Positions 62,280-64,000 of a DNA stretch of 64,000 bases are shown in pieces (within the stretch, counting starts at the first letter, position 1; the number at the start of each line of letters is the position of its first letter). A program made the position numbers and the translations under genes. The notes under the pieces are model-generated. The model saw only the letters and a list, made by a program, of their open reading frames with translations. It did not search any database and was not told the origin of the DNA. The DNA is from Raja brachyura (taxonomy: Eukaryota): the NCBI GenBank assembly GCA_963514005.1, contig OY740785.1, forward strand, positions 34,100,001 to 34,164,000, in the 5' to 3' direction.

Positions 62280-62830
62280 TGTAATAATGTTAAATGTTTA
62301 AGAGGCATCTCAGGTATTTGCCGCCATTAGCCTGGACATTGAATACAACAGAAGGCAGATTCTGGTACAACTGCATAAATCACTAATTAGGCCACAACTA
62401 GAGGATGGTCCGCAATTCTGATTGCTACACAGCAGGTATGATGTGCATTGAAGAGAGTGCAAGGGATGTTGTCTGGATTGGAGCATTTCAGTTATGAGCA
62501 GAAACTGGATATGATTAATTTGTTTTCTTTGGGATGGTGAAGGTTGAGGGTGACCTAAGTGAGGTACATAACACTGAAAGTAGTGTTATGTACCTCAGGA
62601 GTAGGAGATTGGGTAGGAGATTGAATGGATTTGAGATTTTTTTGGGGTAGATGGCAGTGTAAATTAAACTCGTGGACTAAAAGGGTCAGCGAACGGTAAT
62701 ATTCAGATGAATATTTGAAATGCTATTGAATAGAAATACAGTGAAAATCTACTGGGAAAATGGAAATGGTATACGTAATGGCCAGCATGTACATACTGGA
62801 GAAAAAAGAGTTTCCAGGCTGTACTCCATG
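62280..62830 (+). mobile_element. Old CR1 fragment
   Basis: Degenerate RT C-terminus (ctggtacaactgcataaatcactaattaggccacaactagag). Confidence 0.55.
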
Positions 62831-64000
62831 ATTGAAATTATTTGAGTATTAAGGAGCTACATTATGAAAGGTAATTTAATGCCACAACATTTGATTCTTA
62901 TTCTCAGCTAGGACATCTGAAATTTCCTGGCATAAGATGAAATGTAGAAAATTTGGTTCTACATACTGGTAGGTCCAAATTAACAGTAGAAGCCTGTGTG
63001 AAGTTCATTTACCTTTAAAAAGTGATTGATGTTGTAGGGGAAAAAAAAAAAATTGTCTTTTCAAACAAACTGACTCAGCGGAAATCCAAAACGGTTAATT
63101 GCTAAGCTTCTGGGAAGCTGGCCCAACTTTGGGGAATACTGATGAATTGAAGATTGCTGGAAATAGCAAATGATTCTTGTCCAGTTAATGACAGGTGGCA
63201 GTACAATATCATTCACTCAAACCCACTTAATAAAAGCTTTCCAGTCAGTTAAGGAATACTTACTTGAGAGTGTGGCCAAGTGACTTTTAAATACACACTG
63301 GGTAACAATTTAAGATCAAAACAAAAAATAATTTGGGAAGTCAGATTAGTTCAAAATCCATGCTTGTCCAGCAAGAAAAGTTGGGCTAAATACCTCCTGT
63401 GAATATCCACAATTCCATGTTTATGGACTACTATGAAACACAGGGTACGTCAATTTTGTGAGCATTTTTTGGAACGTATTTTTGATTTGCAAAAATGCAC
63501 CATCAAAAAGCAGCACTCTCAGCCAATGCAAAATTCATGCCCATGAAATTCCTAATGAAGCTTTTTGGGGGAATTTCTAAGACTAAGGGCTCAGCTTATT
63601 GTTGAGATTGATGAAATGCTGGCGACTCCTTTCATCAGAATTTCTAATCTCTATTACAGAAATATATACCACCGCCGTTTCTGATTTAGATTCTTTAACA
63701 AATCATTCTGGCTGAACCCTTCCAATGATTGAAAAGGTTAGGAATGACCAATATGGTTTTTTTTTTTAAGTTTAAAACCTGTAGCTTGAACCCAACAGCT
63801 GTGCTAAAATTCATTCACAATCAGATGGAAAAAACCCCTCAAAATACCAGAGGATTCTCAGGGAAGGAGTCGTATATAAATGGGGGTGACAAGAGAGCTC
63901 AAGAGCGAGTGGTTAGTTTTGATGCCAACAAAATGACAATGCTTTTAGTTACTGAAAAAAAAAAAAATTGTCACCATAGCACAACCACGGTACCCAATAA

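Noticed and set aside
63255-63310. Minus-strand GTAAGT donor as the next SNX17 exon
   Set aside because: The upstream translation does not match the expected LQWVTITSPQ-type sequence; that exon is probably beyond the window.

Overview
Eukaryotic, repeat-rich vertebrate DNA. The repeats (CR1/HER1-type LINEs, HE1-type V-SINEs, Penelope-derived short repeats) point to a cartilaginous fish, probably a skate or ray. Two convergent genes are visible. On +, one 3.6-kb terminal exon (19322-22947) encodes 30 C2H2 fingers of a ZNF513-like protein. On -, the last four coding exons of SNX17 (62198-55950) were read by hand; the ORF track misses them. Between the genes lie a DIRS1-like tyrosine-recombinase retrotransposon with intact termini (36437-44770) and a near full-length Neptune-type Penelope element inserted into its recombinase (15-bp TSD, hammerhead-bearing pLTRs). 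The window also holds non-autonomous Helitron(s), four PIF/Harbinger-like MITEs and many LINE/SINE fragments. The most system-like signal is a dispersed family of short hammerhead-ribozyme elements derived from the Penelope pLTR. They are often arranged as inverted arms, several are bounded by 11-16 bp TSDs, some enclose foreign cargo (CR1 pieces, possibly a CpG-island-like sequence), and one has been hit three times by CR1. All coordinates were counted by eye; boundaries of old repeats are approximate.
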